Below are positions 17,946 through 28,507 of a stretch of DNA of 64,000 nt, piece by piece. A model generated the notes under the pieces. It was not told the origin of the DNA and did not search any database. It saw only the letters and a program-made list of their open reading frames with translations. How positions within the stretch are numbered: the first letter of the stretch is position 1; every line of letters begins with the position of its first letter. The DNA lies in NCBI GenBank assembly GCA_040385915.1, contig JAZKGK010000025.1, forward strand, positions 1,038-65,037, given 5' to 3'. Position numbers and translations under genes: made by a program. The stretch is from Bacteroidota bacterium (GTDB lineage: Bacteria > Bacteroidota > Bacteroidia > Cytophagales > ES-bin-26).

Positions 17946-19715
17946 TTACTTCTTCCGGGTCTGGCTTTTCAGATATTGCAAGGCAGCCTCTAGCACCAGA
18001 TCACGCCCCGCCTGAATAGCAGCGACCGTGGGTTTGACCAGAATACTTGGCTGAATGCCCTTTCCTACCCATTCCCTTCCATCAGGATAAGTGTCGCGCT
18101 TGGTACAGATACGTGCCTTTAAGCCACCAGGCAGGTCGAACTCCATCGGATAACCGGTACTGCCACCTGTGGGTTCACCAATTAGTTTGCCGCGCTGCAA
18201 GGCATCGAAGGCCAATGTAAAATCTTCTGCCGCTGAAAAAGTTTGCCCACTGATGAGGAGCACCACTGGCTTGCGGAACACCTTTTTGCCATTGGCTGGA
18301 CAAATGCTTCTGCCCCCTGCTTCATATTCCACTCCTTCGCCCTGCGCCCTCAGTAACGGACTATATAACCGGGATGAATACGAGCTAGTTTGAAAAGATG
18401 AATCGGTCAGGTAACCTATAATATCCCATCCATAATGGCTGTCGCCACCTCCGTTCAGGCGTACGTCCAGAATAAGGGCATTAGCGGTGGAAATTGAGTC
18501 GAATGCCGTTGCAAATGCCTTGGAGGCTCGGTCGCTTACGAACTCATTCAACTGTACGTAGGCTATGTTGCCCGGCAACGTGTGCCAAAGGAACGAAGGC
18601 CGCCATTGCAAATGGCTATACCCCGAGCGAGGCAGTATCCGGCGGAATGATTTGCCTTTGGCATCGCGGAATTCCAGGCTAATTGGCTGATCTCTCGGCC
18701 CTTTCAGCAGGCCATAGGTATAGGTTTCTACGTTCACGTTCTGCGGAGTGGAGCCGCTTTGATAAGGCTTTACGTGTTGTGCCGCGTATTCATGCACCGA
18801 AAGATCGCCCACCTTTATCACTTCCATACCAGGGCGGATGCCAGTTTTTGCCAAGCTATCGCTCCATACTTCTTTAACCAACACCTTGTCTTCGATCAGC
18901 CACGTGCGAAAAGGCGGGCTGCCATAGATCAAATCGCCTAGCGTATCGGATCGCACCGATACATCGGTATGTCCATCCTTTAAGTGCGCACAGAACTCCT
19001 GCATTACCCGCAGGTATTGTAAGGTACTGGTGGTGGCCCGGACTTTGGGAATGTAGCGTAAGTAAAGCTGGTCCCAATCTAGCGTGGGAATGTGGTCGAA
19101 GTAGGCAAAGTTGTATTTGGCTTCCGACCATAGTTTTGATAGTCCGGCCAGCTTCTCGTCTTCACTGATATTGGGTTGGTAGGGCGTGCGCAGGGCATTG
19201 GAATAAAACACATTATTAAAGGCATCAATTACGGCAAACCGGGCTGCCAGTACCGACTCCTGCCGCATAGGGGCAAATAAGGGCTCTTGTTTAATGTATT
19301 TGGCATACAACGACGATCGTTTTCCGGATAGGATTGTTAGCAGCGATTGGGTCGCGGCCGCTTTCTGCCCTGATTTGGCTTGGATCAGAGCCAGATCATA
19401 AAGAATGTCGCCCTTTTTACCCAAAAGAAATTTATCATCCTTGGCCAACGCTTGTACATCGGCTCGGTGATAATACGCCAGGGCAGTCTGAAGTATGCTT
19501 CCGGCTTTTTGTAAGCTATCGGCGGGCGGTTGTGCTGCACTCCCCAATACATCATCGGCTTGGCGGCGCAAGGTTTGCAAATGTTCGTATGCCTGGCCAG
19601 CAGTGAAGGAGTCCTGAGCCCAAGCAGCCTGGCTAGTGGCCCAGCTTACGCCTAATATAAGTATTGCCAGGCAATAGGGCTTTAAGTAAGCCCTAATCAA
19701 TAACGATTGGTTCAT
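17946..19715 (-). CDS. S41 family peptidase (tail-specific protease-like) with PDZ region, exported
   Basis: LKDGHT, ILDVRLNGGG, TFSAAEDF (catalytic Ser), IGEPTGGSTG and GKGIQP. Start likely ATG 19715. Confidence 0.88.
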   Translation of the reverse strand: MNQSLLIRAYLKPYCLAILILGVSWATSQAAWAQDSFTAGQAYEHLQTLRRQADDVLGSAAQPPADSLQKAGSILQTALAYYHRADVQALAKDDKFLLGKKGDILYDLALIQAKSGQKAAATQSLLTILSGKRSSLYAKYIKQEPLFAPMRQESVLAARFAVIDAFNNVFYSNALRTPYQPNISEDEKLAGLSKLWSEAKYNFAYFDHIPTLDWDQLYLRYIPKVRATTSTLQYLRVMQEFCAHLKDGHTDVSVRSDTLGDLIYGSPPFRTWLIEDKVLVKEVWSDSLAKTGIRPGMEVIKVGDLSVHEYAAQHVKPYQSGSTPQNVNVETYTYGLLKGPRDQPISLEFRDAKGKSFRRILPRSGYSHLQWRPSFLWHTLPGNIAYVQLNEFVSDRASKAFATAFDSISTANALILDVRLNGGGDSHYGWDIIGYLTDSSFQTSSYSSRLYSPLLRAQGEGVEYEAGGRSICPANGKKVFRKPVVLLISGQTFSAAEDFTLAFDALQRGKLIGEPTGGSTGYPMEFDLPGGLKARICTKRDTYPDGREWVGKGIQPSILVKPTVAAIQAGRDLVLEAALQYLKSQTRKK

Positions 19716-20076
19716 AAGGTTATTTAGTGAGGAATTAGAATAGATTAATTTCCCAAAAAAAAGTAATTTATACATAGCAAACAATAACTGTTTTCAAAAT
19801 CTGAGTAAATGCATTTATTGAAACACCCTCAAAGAAACCGTAGCCTGTACAGAAAATCCAACTCAGCTCTACCATTATTTGAATGCCTGGAGCCTGGAGA
19901 ATATAAAAAGTAAAAAACATTAAAAATTCCTATTTGACTGTACACCTTTATAGGTCTGAAGAATAAAGGCTACCCATCGCCAGACAAGCAAGGACAAAGC
20001 GATTGAGAAAAAGATTATGTCATGCCTAAAAAATCAATAAATCTTTTCAACATTAATCGCTCTAAATTTTCACCCC

Positions 20077-22284
20077 ATGTTACAGACTATATCATCAAGT
20101 TATTTTAAACACTTTAAACATGCAGTAGCGGTCTTCCCGCTCACTGTATGTATTCTCTTATGCTGGCTACTGCTCAGCAGTTCGAGTATTTCTGCCCAAA
20201 CCCTGCAATGGCAGGCGCAGTACAATGGCTTCAGCGGAGAATTGGACGAAGCCACCGCCATCAAGACCGATGCTGCGGGTAACGTTTACGTGACGGGCAC
20301 TTCCAAATTCGGAGATACGGACATCATTACTATCAAGTACAATGCCGCCGGAGTATCGCAATGGACAGTTCGATACGATGTATATTATTACAATAGCGAT
20401 TACGGCGTGTATGCGCACACAGAAGACAAAGGCACCGACCTACAGATAGATGCAGCGGGCAATGTTTATGTTTCGGGAACGTCGTATAAGAATACAAATT
20501 GCCAACAAGTGTCGGCCGTTACAATCAAGTATAATGCTTCGGGAGTAAAGCAATGGGAAATAAATACAGCCTATGCCAGTTGTAGACCCGCCGAAGCCAT
20601 AGGTAATCCGCATTCGGCTATTGACGCTTCAGGCAACGTGTATGTGACAGCCTCTGTCAATAGTGATTTTGGCAATGGAATCGATATCGAAAAGATTTCT
20701 CCGGCAGGAGTCTCTCTCTGGAGTCGAACTTACAATTACCCAGACACTTATGGTTATCAGGCAAATGCCATCGCCCTGGATGCTTCTGGCAACGTTTATA
20801 TAGCTGGCTATCTTCTTCAGGCCAATGGCAATTACCTCACCCTCAAATATAATAATGTAGGAACGCTGCAATGGCAAGCGCAGTATAATGGTCCCTCAGG
20901 AGAATTGGATGTAGCCACCGCTATCAAGGCAGATGCAGCGGGCAATGTGTATGTGACGGGCACTTCCAAATTCGGAGATACAGACATTATCACTATCAAG
21001 TACAATGCCGCCGGTGTATCGCAATGGACAGTTCGATACGATGAGTACTTTTACGATAGCGAAGGGGGCATATACAGGCACACGGAAGACAAAGGTACCG
21101 ACATACAGATAGATGCCTCGGGCAATACCTATGTATCGGGCACGTCGTATTACAACCGGAATTGCAACAATACCATTGCCATTCTCCTTAAGTACAACGC
21201 TTTGGGAGCGCAACAATGGAAAGTAACTACGGCTACATCCGATTGTGGAGCGGCTTTAGATGGCCCTCATTCTGCTATTGATGCTTCAGGTAATGTGTAT
21301 GAAACAGAGTCTGGCTATCGGTCTGGTTTAACAGGTTCCATTACTACCAATAAGGTTTCTCCGGCAGGGACTCTACTCTGGACGCGCGCATACACAGCCC
21401 CTGACACTTTTGATTATCAAGCAAATGCCATCTGTATAGATAGTCCAGGCAATGTCTATGTTGCTGGCCGTATTAACCAGAGTACAGGCAATGGCAACTA
21501 CCTCACGCTGAAGTATGAGGCTCAGCTTACTAGGCGAATCAATACTGGCGGGCCGGCCTTGGCAACTTCTTTAGGCGTATTCTCGGCTGACGCATATTCG
21601 ACAGGCGCAACCGTTACAGGTTCGAGTGCAGCAGCTATTGCGGCCACAACGGACGATGCGCTTTACCAAAACTATCGCCGAGGCAATACGCTGGGAGGCA
21701 GCTTTGGATATAATATCCCCGTGGTTAATGGTAATTACACCGTGAAGCTGCATTTTGCCGAACTGAACTTCACTACTGCCGGACAACGTAAATTCAATGT
21801 GTCTGCTGAAGGGGTTGCCTGGTTAAGCAATTATGACATCGCTGCCGACGGTGGCGTAAATACGGCTAAAGTAAAGACGAGGGCAGTGACTGTAACAGAT
21901 GGAAACCTAACGCTGAATTTTACTTCATTAATAAATTACGCTTTGGTATCTGCTATTGAAGTAGTTGCCACGCCTGCCCCAAGTGCCCGCGAGAGCGCGG
22001 AAGAAGAGGCCCTCGTAGCTGCAGCAACACAACTACAGGCGTATCCCAATCCATTTACCGATAAAGTCACCATTTCATTCACCCTACCTGAAACCAGTCC
22101 TGCCAAACTGGAAGTATACAATTTGCAAGGAAAACTTGTGAAGCGCTTATTTGACGGAGAAGCAGAAGGGGGTAAACTTTATGAACTGGAAATGGACGGT
22201 AGTGGCTTAAACAATGGCCTGTACATAAGCCGACTGGCAACACCGGCACAAACTGAGAGCAAGAAAATTGTACTAGCTCGTTAA
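20077..22284 (+). CDS. SBBP-repeat beta-propeller protein with malectin-like domain and T9SS C-terminal domain
   Basis: Repeated D-A-x-G-N-V-Y-V-T-G blades; RINTGG...LYQNYR...YTVKLHFAE...RKFNV malectin; YPNPF CTD. Confidence 0.85.
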   Translation: MLQTISSSYFKHFKHAVAVFPLTVCILLCWLLLSSSSISAQTLQWQAQYNGFSGELDEATAIKTDAAGNVYVTGTSKFGDTDIITIKYNAAGVSQWTVRYDVYYYNSDYGVYAHTEDKGTDLQIDAAGNVYVSGTSYKNTNCQQVSAVTIKYNASGVKQWEINTAYASCRPAEAIGNPHSAIDASGNVYVTASVNSDFGNGIDIEKISPAGVSLWSRTYNYPDTYGYQANAIALDASGNVYIAGYLLQANGNYLTLKYNNVGTLQWQAQYNGPSGELDVATAIKADAAGNVYVTGTSKFGDTDIITIKYNAAGVSQWTVRYDEYFYDSEGGIYRHTEDKGTDIQIDASGNTYVSGTSYYNRNCNNTIAILLKYNALGAQQWKVTTATSDCGAALDGPHSAIDASGNVYETESGYRSGLTGSITTNKVSPAGTLLWTRAYTAPDTFDYQANAICIDSPGNVYVAGRINQSTGNGNYLTLKYEAQLTRRINTGGPALATSLGVFSADAYSTGATVTGSSAAAIAATTDDALYQNYRRGNTLGGSFGYNIPVVNGNYTVKLHFAELNFTTAGQRKFNVSAEGVAWLSNYDIAADGGVNTAKVKTRAVTVTDGNLTLNFTSLINYALVSAIEVVATPAPSARESAEEEALVAAATQLQAYPNPFTDKVTISFTLPETSPAKLEVYNLQGKLVKRLFDGEAEGGKLYELEMDGSGLNNGLYISRLATPAQTESKKIVLAR
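20203..21516 (+). repeat. Intragenic tandem duplication, period about 663 bp (221 aa)
   Basis: Near-identical DNA at 20290 and 20953 (GTGACGGGCACTTCCAAATTCGGAGATAC...GTATCGCAATGGACAGTTCGATACGATG). Confidence 0.85.
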
Positions 22285-22299
22285 GCAGACTTCTCACTT

Positions 22300-22343
22300 A
22301 AAAGCTACGCCTTTGGGGTAAATACTTCAGAGGCGTAGCTTTT
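22300..22343. terminator. Bidirectional terminator
   Basis: AAAAGCTACGCCT...AGGCGTAGCTTTT between convergent genes. Confidence 0.7.
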
Positions 22344-22359
22344 CTATGTAGTCTCCAAA

Positions 22360-22746
22360 TCAAAAAAACCGTTGCCAAGCCCATTGCAGAAATAGCACCA
22401 GCAGTAATAACACGGGGTGATAAATAATGCTCAGAAATATCATCGAGCTTTCGCCCGAACCGTCTGCGCCCATCCAGTCAATCAGAGCAGCTATGACCCA
22501 AGAGGACAAAAGCAAGTACAGGACAGAGCTGAGCAGGGAGAAAAGGAAATACATCCATACTGTGTCCACCGTGAGTATGCATACACTGTTGGTCAAAATG
22601 AATAGTACATACAAGACGCCCGCAATATTCCAGGTTCCATTGGGGTTGCGAGGCCTGAGGAGAATAATAATCAATACGGCCAGCAGGAAAAAAAACAACC
22701 CTTGATACACTGGCCTTTGACTAACGTACAATACATATTCGATCAT
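22360..22746 (-). CDS. Hypothetical membrane protein (about 4 TM)
   Basis: Hydrophobic ORF with GSGESSMIFL..IYHP; start ATG 22746 or GTG 22767. Confidence 0.65.
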   Translation of the reverse strand: MIEYVLYVSQRPVYQGLFFFLLAVLIIILLRPRNPNGTWNIAGVLYVLFILTNSVCILTVDTVWMYFLFSLLSSVLYLLLSSWVIAALIDWMGADGSGESSMIFLSIIYHPVLLLLVLFLQWAWQRFF

Positions 22747-22949
22747 AATTGGTTGGGGCGTAAACACTCTTTCAAATCATTATAGACAAAATGGTGATAG
22801 CTAATCCACCCAACATAGTTAACTGGTTATTATGCAAAAGCACGCTTACCAACCCAAATTCATAATGATTTATTCATCTACCAGTAAAATTGTCATGATA
22901 TGTCGCTCCTACTTTTGCACCTTCTTTACTCCCAATCATTTACTGGCAA

Positions 22950-23315
22950 ATGGTCGAAGATTTATCAAATGCTTCTTGGAATGAAATTTTTGACCATCCG
23001 CAAGTACTGCTGTTGGACAGTCGGAAGCCAATCTATATAAGCTTGCCCCATTCTAATGACACCTTCGTTATTGAGCTTAACCGAACTGACAAAAGCCTTT
23101 CATTTGCTAAAACACAGCCCTCTAACTCATTTCAAACCTTTTACCAGGTGACCCATTTCCCGTATTTACTGGTCAATCCCGACTTTGAAAAGCTTAAAAT
23201 ACTGCTTAGAATTGATGTAAACGCCGAAAGGAATTCGATTGAACTGAAGGTAGTTAAACCGGCAGACAATTCACTTTTCGAGCTTATCATTCATCAGCTG
23301 AATCAAAACGACTAA
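22950..23315 (+). CDS. Hypothetical protein
   Basis: 121-aa ATG ORF filling the gap, followed by a terminator. Confidence 0.55.
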   Translation: MVEDLSNASWNEIFDHPQVLLLDSRKPIYISLPHSNDTFVIELNRTDKSLSFAKTQPSNSFQTFYQVTHFPYLLVNPDFEKLKILLRIDVNAERNSIELKVVKPADNSLFELIIHQLNQND

Positions 23316-23348
23316 CCTCCCTATTTATCTAACTGAGTGACTAGTATC

Positions 23349-23386
23349 AAAAAAAATGGCATTGCAGGCTAAGCAATGCCGTTTTT
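23349..23386. terminator. Bidirectional terminator
   Basis: A8-TGGCATTGC-loop-GCAATGCCG-T5. Confidence 0.65.
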
Positions 23387-23410
23387 GTCGTAGGAATGAA
23401 GAGAGGTAAG

Positions 23411-23671
23411 TCAACTTTTGGTTTTTTCTGGTTGAGAATACACCCGGGTATCGATGAACCCTTTGGGAAATCCTAAGGGTGGCCGGTCAACCAACAGGTC
23501 ATCGAGTCGGTCGCCACTAGGCGGATCGTATATAGGAAGATTATTTTCTACTGGCATACCTCCGTCATCGTCATTGTCAGGTGGCAGATAGCTATACTTC
23601 ATAGCGCGGATAAGCACCCAAACGAAGCCTACAAAACTGATCATCCAAAACAAAAGGTATTTAAAATTCAT
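23411..23671 (-). CDS. Small hypothetical membrane protein with Pro/Asp-rich tail
   Basis: N-terminal TM, then PPDNDDDGG...DPP..LDDLLVDR. Confidence 0.6.
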   Translation of the reverse strand: MNFKYLLFWMISFVGFVWVLIRAMKYSYLPPDNDDDGGMPVENNLPIYDPPSGDRLDDLLVDRPPLGFPKGFIDTRVYSQPEKTKS

Positions 23672-23913
23672 TGCTATAGCATTTTAGAAAGGGATAACAA
23701 TTTAATAAACTGCATTCAAACCTGCAATGGGTAGCCTATTTTTTAACGCAGTATACACCTCATTTTTTCTAGCTATACGTAGTACTGAATATGGTGACAA
23801 AAGGTTTATATTCTTTTTCTATATTTTTTGATTGGTAAAAGAAAGGTGGGATTCAATTTATGGGGCTCATCGAAATCCAACAACCTGGGAAGAAGGATAG
23901 GGTAGAAACAAAA

Positions 23914-24010
23914 AATGGCAAACCCGTATCGCACCGCTACAACTATCTACCCTTGCTTGCTTCCGCACCTGGGGGGGTTCAATAGGAGCTGGTCGTACCG
24001 ATTTGCCGCT
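23914..24010 (-). ncRNA. ffs: Signal recognition particle RNA (4.5S, small bacterial SRP)
   Basis: Minus strand GGCAAATCGGTACGACCAGC...CCCAGGTGCGGAAGCAAGCAAGGG...GGGTTTGCC: helix-8 CAGG/GGAA tetraloop/AGCA motif, closing GGCAAA/TTTGCC stem and T-tail. Confidence 0.92.
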
Positions 24011-24011
24011 G

Positions 24012-24019
24012 CAAACATA
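24012..24019 (-). promoter_or_regulatory. -7 promoter box of ffs
   Basis: Minus strand TATGTTTG immediately upstream of the SRP RNA. Confidence 0.7.
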
Positions 24020-24168
24020 CCGGCTTTTTGTCTACCTACCAAGCAGCAGCAAAAAAAATTGAAGGAAAAATTCTGATAAGCTGATGGGTTGATAGCCTGA
24101 TGGAGTAATTGGTAAGTTTGATGTACCTTCCACCTGCACCCTCATTTTCTTAACTTCAGCCGCTGACT

Positions 24169-24176
24169 TATATTTG
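24169..24176 (+). promoter_or_regulatory. -7 promoter box for the TPR gene
   Basis: TATATTTG 29 bp before ATG 24205. Confidence 0.55.
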
Positions 24177-24204
24177 ACATAACACACCAATATGGCCTTT
24201 TGCT

Positions 24205-25995
24205 ATGCGGCATTTCATTTTTTTGCTCAGTTTTTTATTGTTAAAAAGTGCTATTGCCTGGGGTCAGTCTGCGGCTGCGCAAGAGGCTTACCGCAATGCC
24301 GTCGCTGCGATGGACACGGATCAGCCCGAAAAAGGCTTTGCGTTAATTGACAAAGCGCTTCAATTACAACCCAATTATTATGATGCCCTCTATGCCCGTG
24401 CTTTTTATCACAACGAAGCGGGCGCCGACGAAGAGACGATTCGGAATTGCAATACCTTGCTGGCTTTTTACCCCAAAGACACGGCCACCTATACCTTGCG
24501 CGGACAAGCGTACCTGACCCAGCAAGCCTATGATGAAGCAGAAACCAGTTTCCGACAAGCACTCTTGCTCGACAGTACCGACTTCCAAAACTACAACGAC
24601 CTGGCCTATGCGTGCTACCTGAAAGAAGACTACGTGCATGCCCGCGAAAGTTTAGCTAAATCGGCGGCGCTCAAGCCAAATGGCTTCGTATACGAATACC
24701 AGGCCAGGATGCTGTCCAGAGAAGGCAAATATGACCTGGCTTTGAAAGAAGTAGAGAAGCTGCTTGTGCTGGCTCCTCCACATGAAGATGCCTTGCGGTT
24801 GAAAGCACAAATTTTCCTGACTGCCAACAAGGACAATGAAGCCATCAAAATATACACATTGCTCCAAAATCAGAAAAAGCTCAATGAACAGGATTTACTC
24901 AATTGGGGACTGATCTATTACTCGCAGAAGAAATATCCACAGGCCCTGACTTATTTCAGCGCCCTACAGAAGCACGACGAAGCTGACCTGTATTACTTCA
25001 AAGCCCTGAGCGAATACCGGATACGCCAGCCCGAATTAGCGCTGCAATCCATTGACCAGGCCATTGCCCTGATTGATGCCGACGATGAGGAAAATGCCGC
25101 TTATTTCTACGATAGAGCCATTATTAAGCAAGCCGTTAGTCAGAAAACGGGCAAGCCAACGAATGCGGCAAAAGACTTCCTACAAGCCGTTTATCTGGTG
25201 CCCGAAATAATAGATCAGCGCGATTACAATGGCGACACGCTTGATTTGATAGGCAATGCCAAACACGTATTGAAAGGCCTTTATACCAGTCAGCAACTTG
25301 ATAGCGCGCGGGCGAACGGTTTCCAGCAGCGGGCCGAAGCCTACGCCGAGCGCGGATTATATACGGAAGCGCTGGAGGAAGTGCAAAAAGCCTTTCGGAT
25401 AGACTCTACCGCTGGCAACCAACCGGATGCCTATAGCTATCACCTTCGTGGCTCTTACTACCTGGCCAAAGAACAATTCGCGCCCGCCATCCGTGACCTG
25501 GAAAAAGCCCTCCATATGGCCAAAAATCCGTTAGAAGATCAGACGTATAACCTGCGTGGCCTAGCGTATACAGCGCTAGAAATGTATCAGAAAGCGCTGG
25601 CTGACTTCGACAAAGCCATTGCCATAAATGGACAACAAGCTGAATACTTTTATAACCGAGCGAATGCATTTGCCGATCAAAAAAATCTTCCCAAAGCACT
25701 ACTGGATCTGTCAAAAGCCATTGAACTGCAACCTTCAGAAAGTGAGTACTGGCTGAGCCGATCCGATATTTACCTGGAAAGCAAGCAGTTTGACATGGCG
25801 CTGGAAGACTGTAACCACGTTATTGCCATGGAAGCCGACAATGCAGATGCGTACTATTACCGGGGCACCATTCACGACGAAATGAAGAATTATGCCCTCG
25901 CTATTCAAGATTTCACCCAGGCTTTACAAGGGGAACCGACCTTCTCCGAAGCCCAACAAGCCCTGGACGAAGCCATGATTAAAGCCGGAAAGTAA
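24205..25995 (+). CDS. Exported tetratricopeptide repeat protein
   Basis: Signal peptide; many Y-x-x-R-G/A...A-I-x-D-F-x-K-A-I TPR units. Confidence 0.88.
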   Translation: MRHFIFLLSFLLLKSAIAWGQSAAAQEAYRNAVAAMDTDQPEKGFALIDKALQLQPNYYDALYARAFYHNEAGADEETIRNCNTLLAFYPKDTATYTLRGQAYLTQQAYDEAETSFRQALLLDSTDFQNYNDLAYACYLKEDYVHARESLAKSAALKPNGFVYEYQARMLSREGKYDLALKEVEKLLVLAPPHEDALRLKAQIFLTANKDNEAIKIYTLLQNQKKLNEQDLLNWGLIYYSQKKYPQALTYFSALQKHDEADLYYFKALSEYRIRQPELALQSIDQAIALIDADDEENAAYFYDRAIIKQAVSQKTGKPTNAAKDFLQAVYLVPEIIDQRDYNGDTLDLIGNAKHVLKGLYTSQQLDSARANGFQQRAEAYAERGLYTEALEEVQKAFRIDSTAGNQPDAYSYHLRGSYYLAKEQFAPAIRDLEKALHMAKNPLEDQTYNLRGLAYTALEMYQKALADFDKAIAINGQQAEYFYNRANAFADQKNLPKALLDLSKAIELQPSESEYWLSRSDIYLESKQFDMALEDCNHVIAMEADNADAYYYRGTIHDEMKNYALAIQDFTQALQGEPTFSEAQQALDEAMIKAGK

Positions 25996-26010
25996 GTAAA
26001 ATGGGTGGGA

Positions 26011-28425
26011 TTAAGCCTGTTGTAATTCTAGCAGTTCCTTATTTAGTTCAATGATTACCTGTGAGATAAGATTGACGGATTGCTCGGTAAGCGATTGGAT
26101 TTTCTCCTTGTTATTGAGGCCATCTATACACAAAGATTCGGTGACTTTAAATATCTCTTGTAGCTCATTGGCCCCCACTACTCCGTAAGAAACCTTCAGT
26201 TTATGCGCTAAGTTTTTAAGATTCAGCCATTCTTCCTGGCTACTATAGGTTGCTAGTTTTTCCCGATTATCGGGTGATTCCATGAGAACAATCTCCAATA
26301 TTTCGGTAATTAGGCCGACATCTCCGGCATAAGCCTCTTGTAAGTAAACCAGGCTAGTTATTTTGGCTAAAGCTTGGTCTAAAGCTTGGGTATTTACCGC
26401 ATTTTTTTCTGCTTCTAGCTTTTTTTCCTCCTCAGCCATTTTGCGCAGGTGCTGCTCCCTTTCCTTAATCTGGGTGGCAATTTTATTGATGAGATTAGCC
26501 GAGTCAAACGGTTTGGATATATAATCATTCATTCCGGCTTTTATACATTTGGCTGCTTCCATACTCATCGCATGGGCAGTCATCGCAATAATCGGGATTT
26601 GTGATAAGGGAGGCTGAAATTCCGTTCGGATATGGTGCGTTGCTTCATACCCATCCATTTCAGGCATCTGTATATCCATTAACACAACATCATATGGTTT
26701 TTCTATCAGCTTGCTTAGCGCAATTAATCCATTTTCTGCAATCTCGACCTCACAACCAGCTTTGGTTAATACGTACTTGGCAAGCGTCTGATTTACTTTG
26801 TTATCCTCTACCAACAGCACTTTAACGTCCTGTAAATGGGTAGCCACGGTTGCTTGGTTATTGAATGTCTCTTTGCCTTTCGTGGATTCCACTCTTGCTT
26901 CCGACTTCTTCAAAGGAATCTGTAAGGTAAAAGTACTTCCTTGGCCTGGTATACTTTTTACGGATACAAAACCGCCCTGTAGTTCAACAATGCGTTTTAC
27001 AATGGTCAGCCCTAACCCAGTTCCACCAAATTTGCGCACTGTGTCGCTGCTGGCCTGAGTGAAGCTTTCGAAGATAGAATTGATTTTATTTTCGGGGATT
27101 CCTATGCCCGTATCTTCTATTGAAAACTCCAGTAGTGTCTTCGATTGCTCTTGTGAAACGGCCTTAATATGCAGCTTAACCGAACCTACTTCGGTAAATT
27201 TCAGGGCATTGCCAATGATGTTCAACAATACTTGGTTGAGCCTTACCGGATCGCCTATTAAATCAAAGGGCGTCTCTGGATCGATGAAGGAGGTCAGTTC
27301 AATATTTTTTTCGTTGGCCTTCTGCTTAAACAACTGGAGTAACGGATGAATAATATCAGGCAAGCGAAAGTTAGTTTCTTCCAGAATAAATTTACCCGCC
27401 TCTATTTTTGAGAAATCAAGTATATCGTTGATAATCACCAGTAGATTTTCTCCTGAATAATGAATCGTATCAACGTATTCCTTTTGTTGAGAAGTGAGCT
27501 CATGGTCTAGCAAGAGACGAGTGAAACCTAAAATCGCATTCATAGGTGTCCGTATCTCGTGGCTCATGTTGGCCAGAAATTCTTCTTTAATTCTGGTCGA
27601 CTCTTCAGCTATCCGTTTGGCTTCGATCAATTCTTGCTCTACTAACTTTCGGGTGGTAATATCCTGAATGGTGCCGACTACTTTTACACGGGTATCGCTT
27701 TCCGAGATCGCGTATCCCTGCAAATTGGCGTATTTGATTATGGCCAGCGGCGGCGGAGATACTATTCGGAAATCTATATTGAGGCTATGTCCTTTGATGG
27801 CATTCTGCAATGTTTGCTCAACGAAAGGCAAGTCTTCTGGATGGATACTATCTAAGTGGTTGGCTGGCGTAGGAATAAAAGTATCTGGATTCAGATCATA
27901 AATCCGGTAAACTTCTTCTGACCAATGGATGGACTGAATGTCATATTCCCAGTTCCCTATTTTCGCAATCCTCTGTGCTTCAGCCAATCTGGACTGACTA
28001 ATTTTTAAGGCTAGCTCGGTTTGGGCTCGTTGCTTTTCAATTTCCTGTAGCCGTAGCACATTGCGCAATAGCTGCCCAATGGACTGGGCATTAATCTGAG
28101 TCTTCACTACATAATCGGAAGCGCCCGCTTTCATCATTTCGACCGCAATCTTTTCGTCGCCTTGCGAGGTAATGATTACGATGGGAGTTTTAATGCCTGC
28201 TTCCCTCACTTCTTTCAGCAACATCAGACCATCGGTACCCGGCAGCAAATAGTCTAAGAACACACAATCGTACTGGTTATGTTTAAGGTTATGGATGCCA
28301 GAGGCTGCTTCAGTGCTTTCAGTAAGGACATAGGTGAACTCAGAGCTTTTGAGGGCTCTCTTTACCGTCATGCGATCTACATCATCATCATCAATTAACA
28401 ATATATTTACTGGCTCGTTATCCAT
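26011..28425 (-). CDS. Hybrid histidine kinase (REC-PAS-HisKA-HATPase-REC-HPt)
   Basis: LLIDDD/FLDY receiver; GNWEYD PAS; [15 protein letters not shown]; GGTGLGL; LLVEDN/LMDIQMP receiver; AHKLK HPt. Confidence 0.93.
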   Translation of the reverse strand: MDNEPVNILLIDDDDVDRMTVKRALKSSEFTYVLTESTEAASGIHNLKHNQYDCVFLDYLLPGTDGLMLLKEVREAGIKTPIVIITSQGDEKIAVEMMKAGASDYVVKTQINAQSIGQLLRNVLRLQEIEKQRAQTELALKISQSRLAEAQRIAKIGNWEYDIQSIHWSEEVYRIYDLNPDTFIPTPANHLDSIHPEDLPFVEQTLQNAIKGHSLNIDFRIVSPPPLAIIKYANLQGYAISESDTRVKVVGTIQDITTRKLVEQELIEAKRIAEESTRIKEEFLANMSHEIRTPMNAILGFTRLLLDHELTSQQKEYVDTIHYSGENLLVIINDILDFSKIEAGKFILEETNFRLPDIIHPLLQLFKQKANEKNIELTSFIDPETPFDLIGDPVRLNQVLLNIIGNALKFTEVGSVKLHIKAVSQEQSKTLLEFSIEDTGIGIPENKINSIFESFTQASSDTVRKFGGTGLGLTIVKRIVELQGGFVSVKSIPGQGSTFTLQIPLKKSEARVESTKGKETFNNQATVATHLQDVKVLLVEDNKVNQTLAKYVLTKAGCEVEIAENGLIALSKLIEKPYDVVLMDIQMPEMDGYEATHHIRTEFQPPLSQIPIIAMTAHAMSMEAAKCIKAGMNDYISKPFDSANLINKIATQIKEREQHLRKMAEEEKKLEAEKNAVNTQALDQALAKITSLVYLQEAYAGDVGLITEILEIVLMESPDNREKLATYSSQEEWLNLKNLAHKLKVSYGVVGANELQEIFKVTESLCIDGLNNKEKIQSLTEQSVNLISQVIIELNKELLELQQA

Positions 28426-28507
28426 AGGCTATAGCTCAGTTTTCGTGTTTTTCACTAAATGTCTAAATCTAAAAGGGTTGAAAATCAAATTACTAGAAAT
28501 GAGTTTT

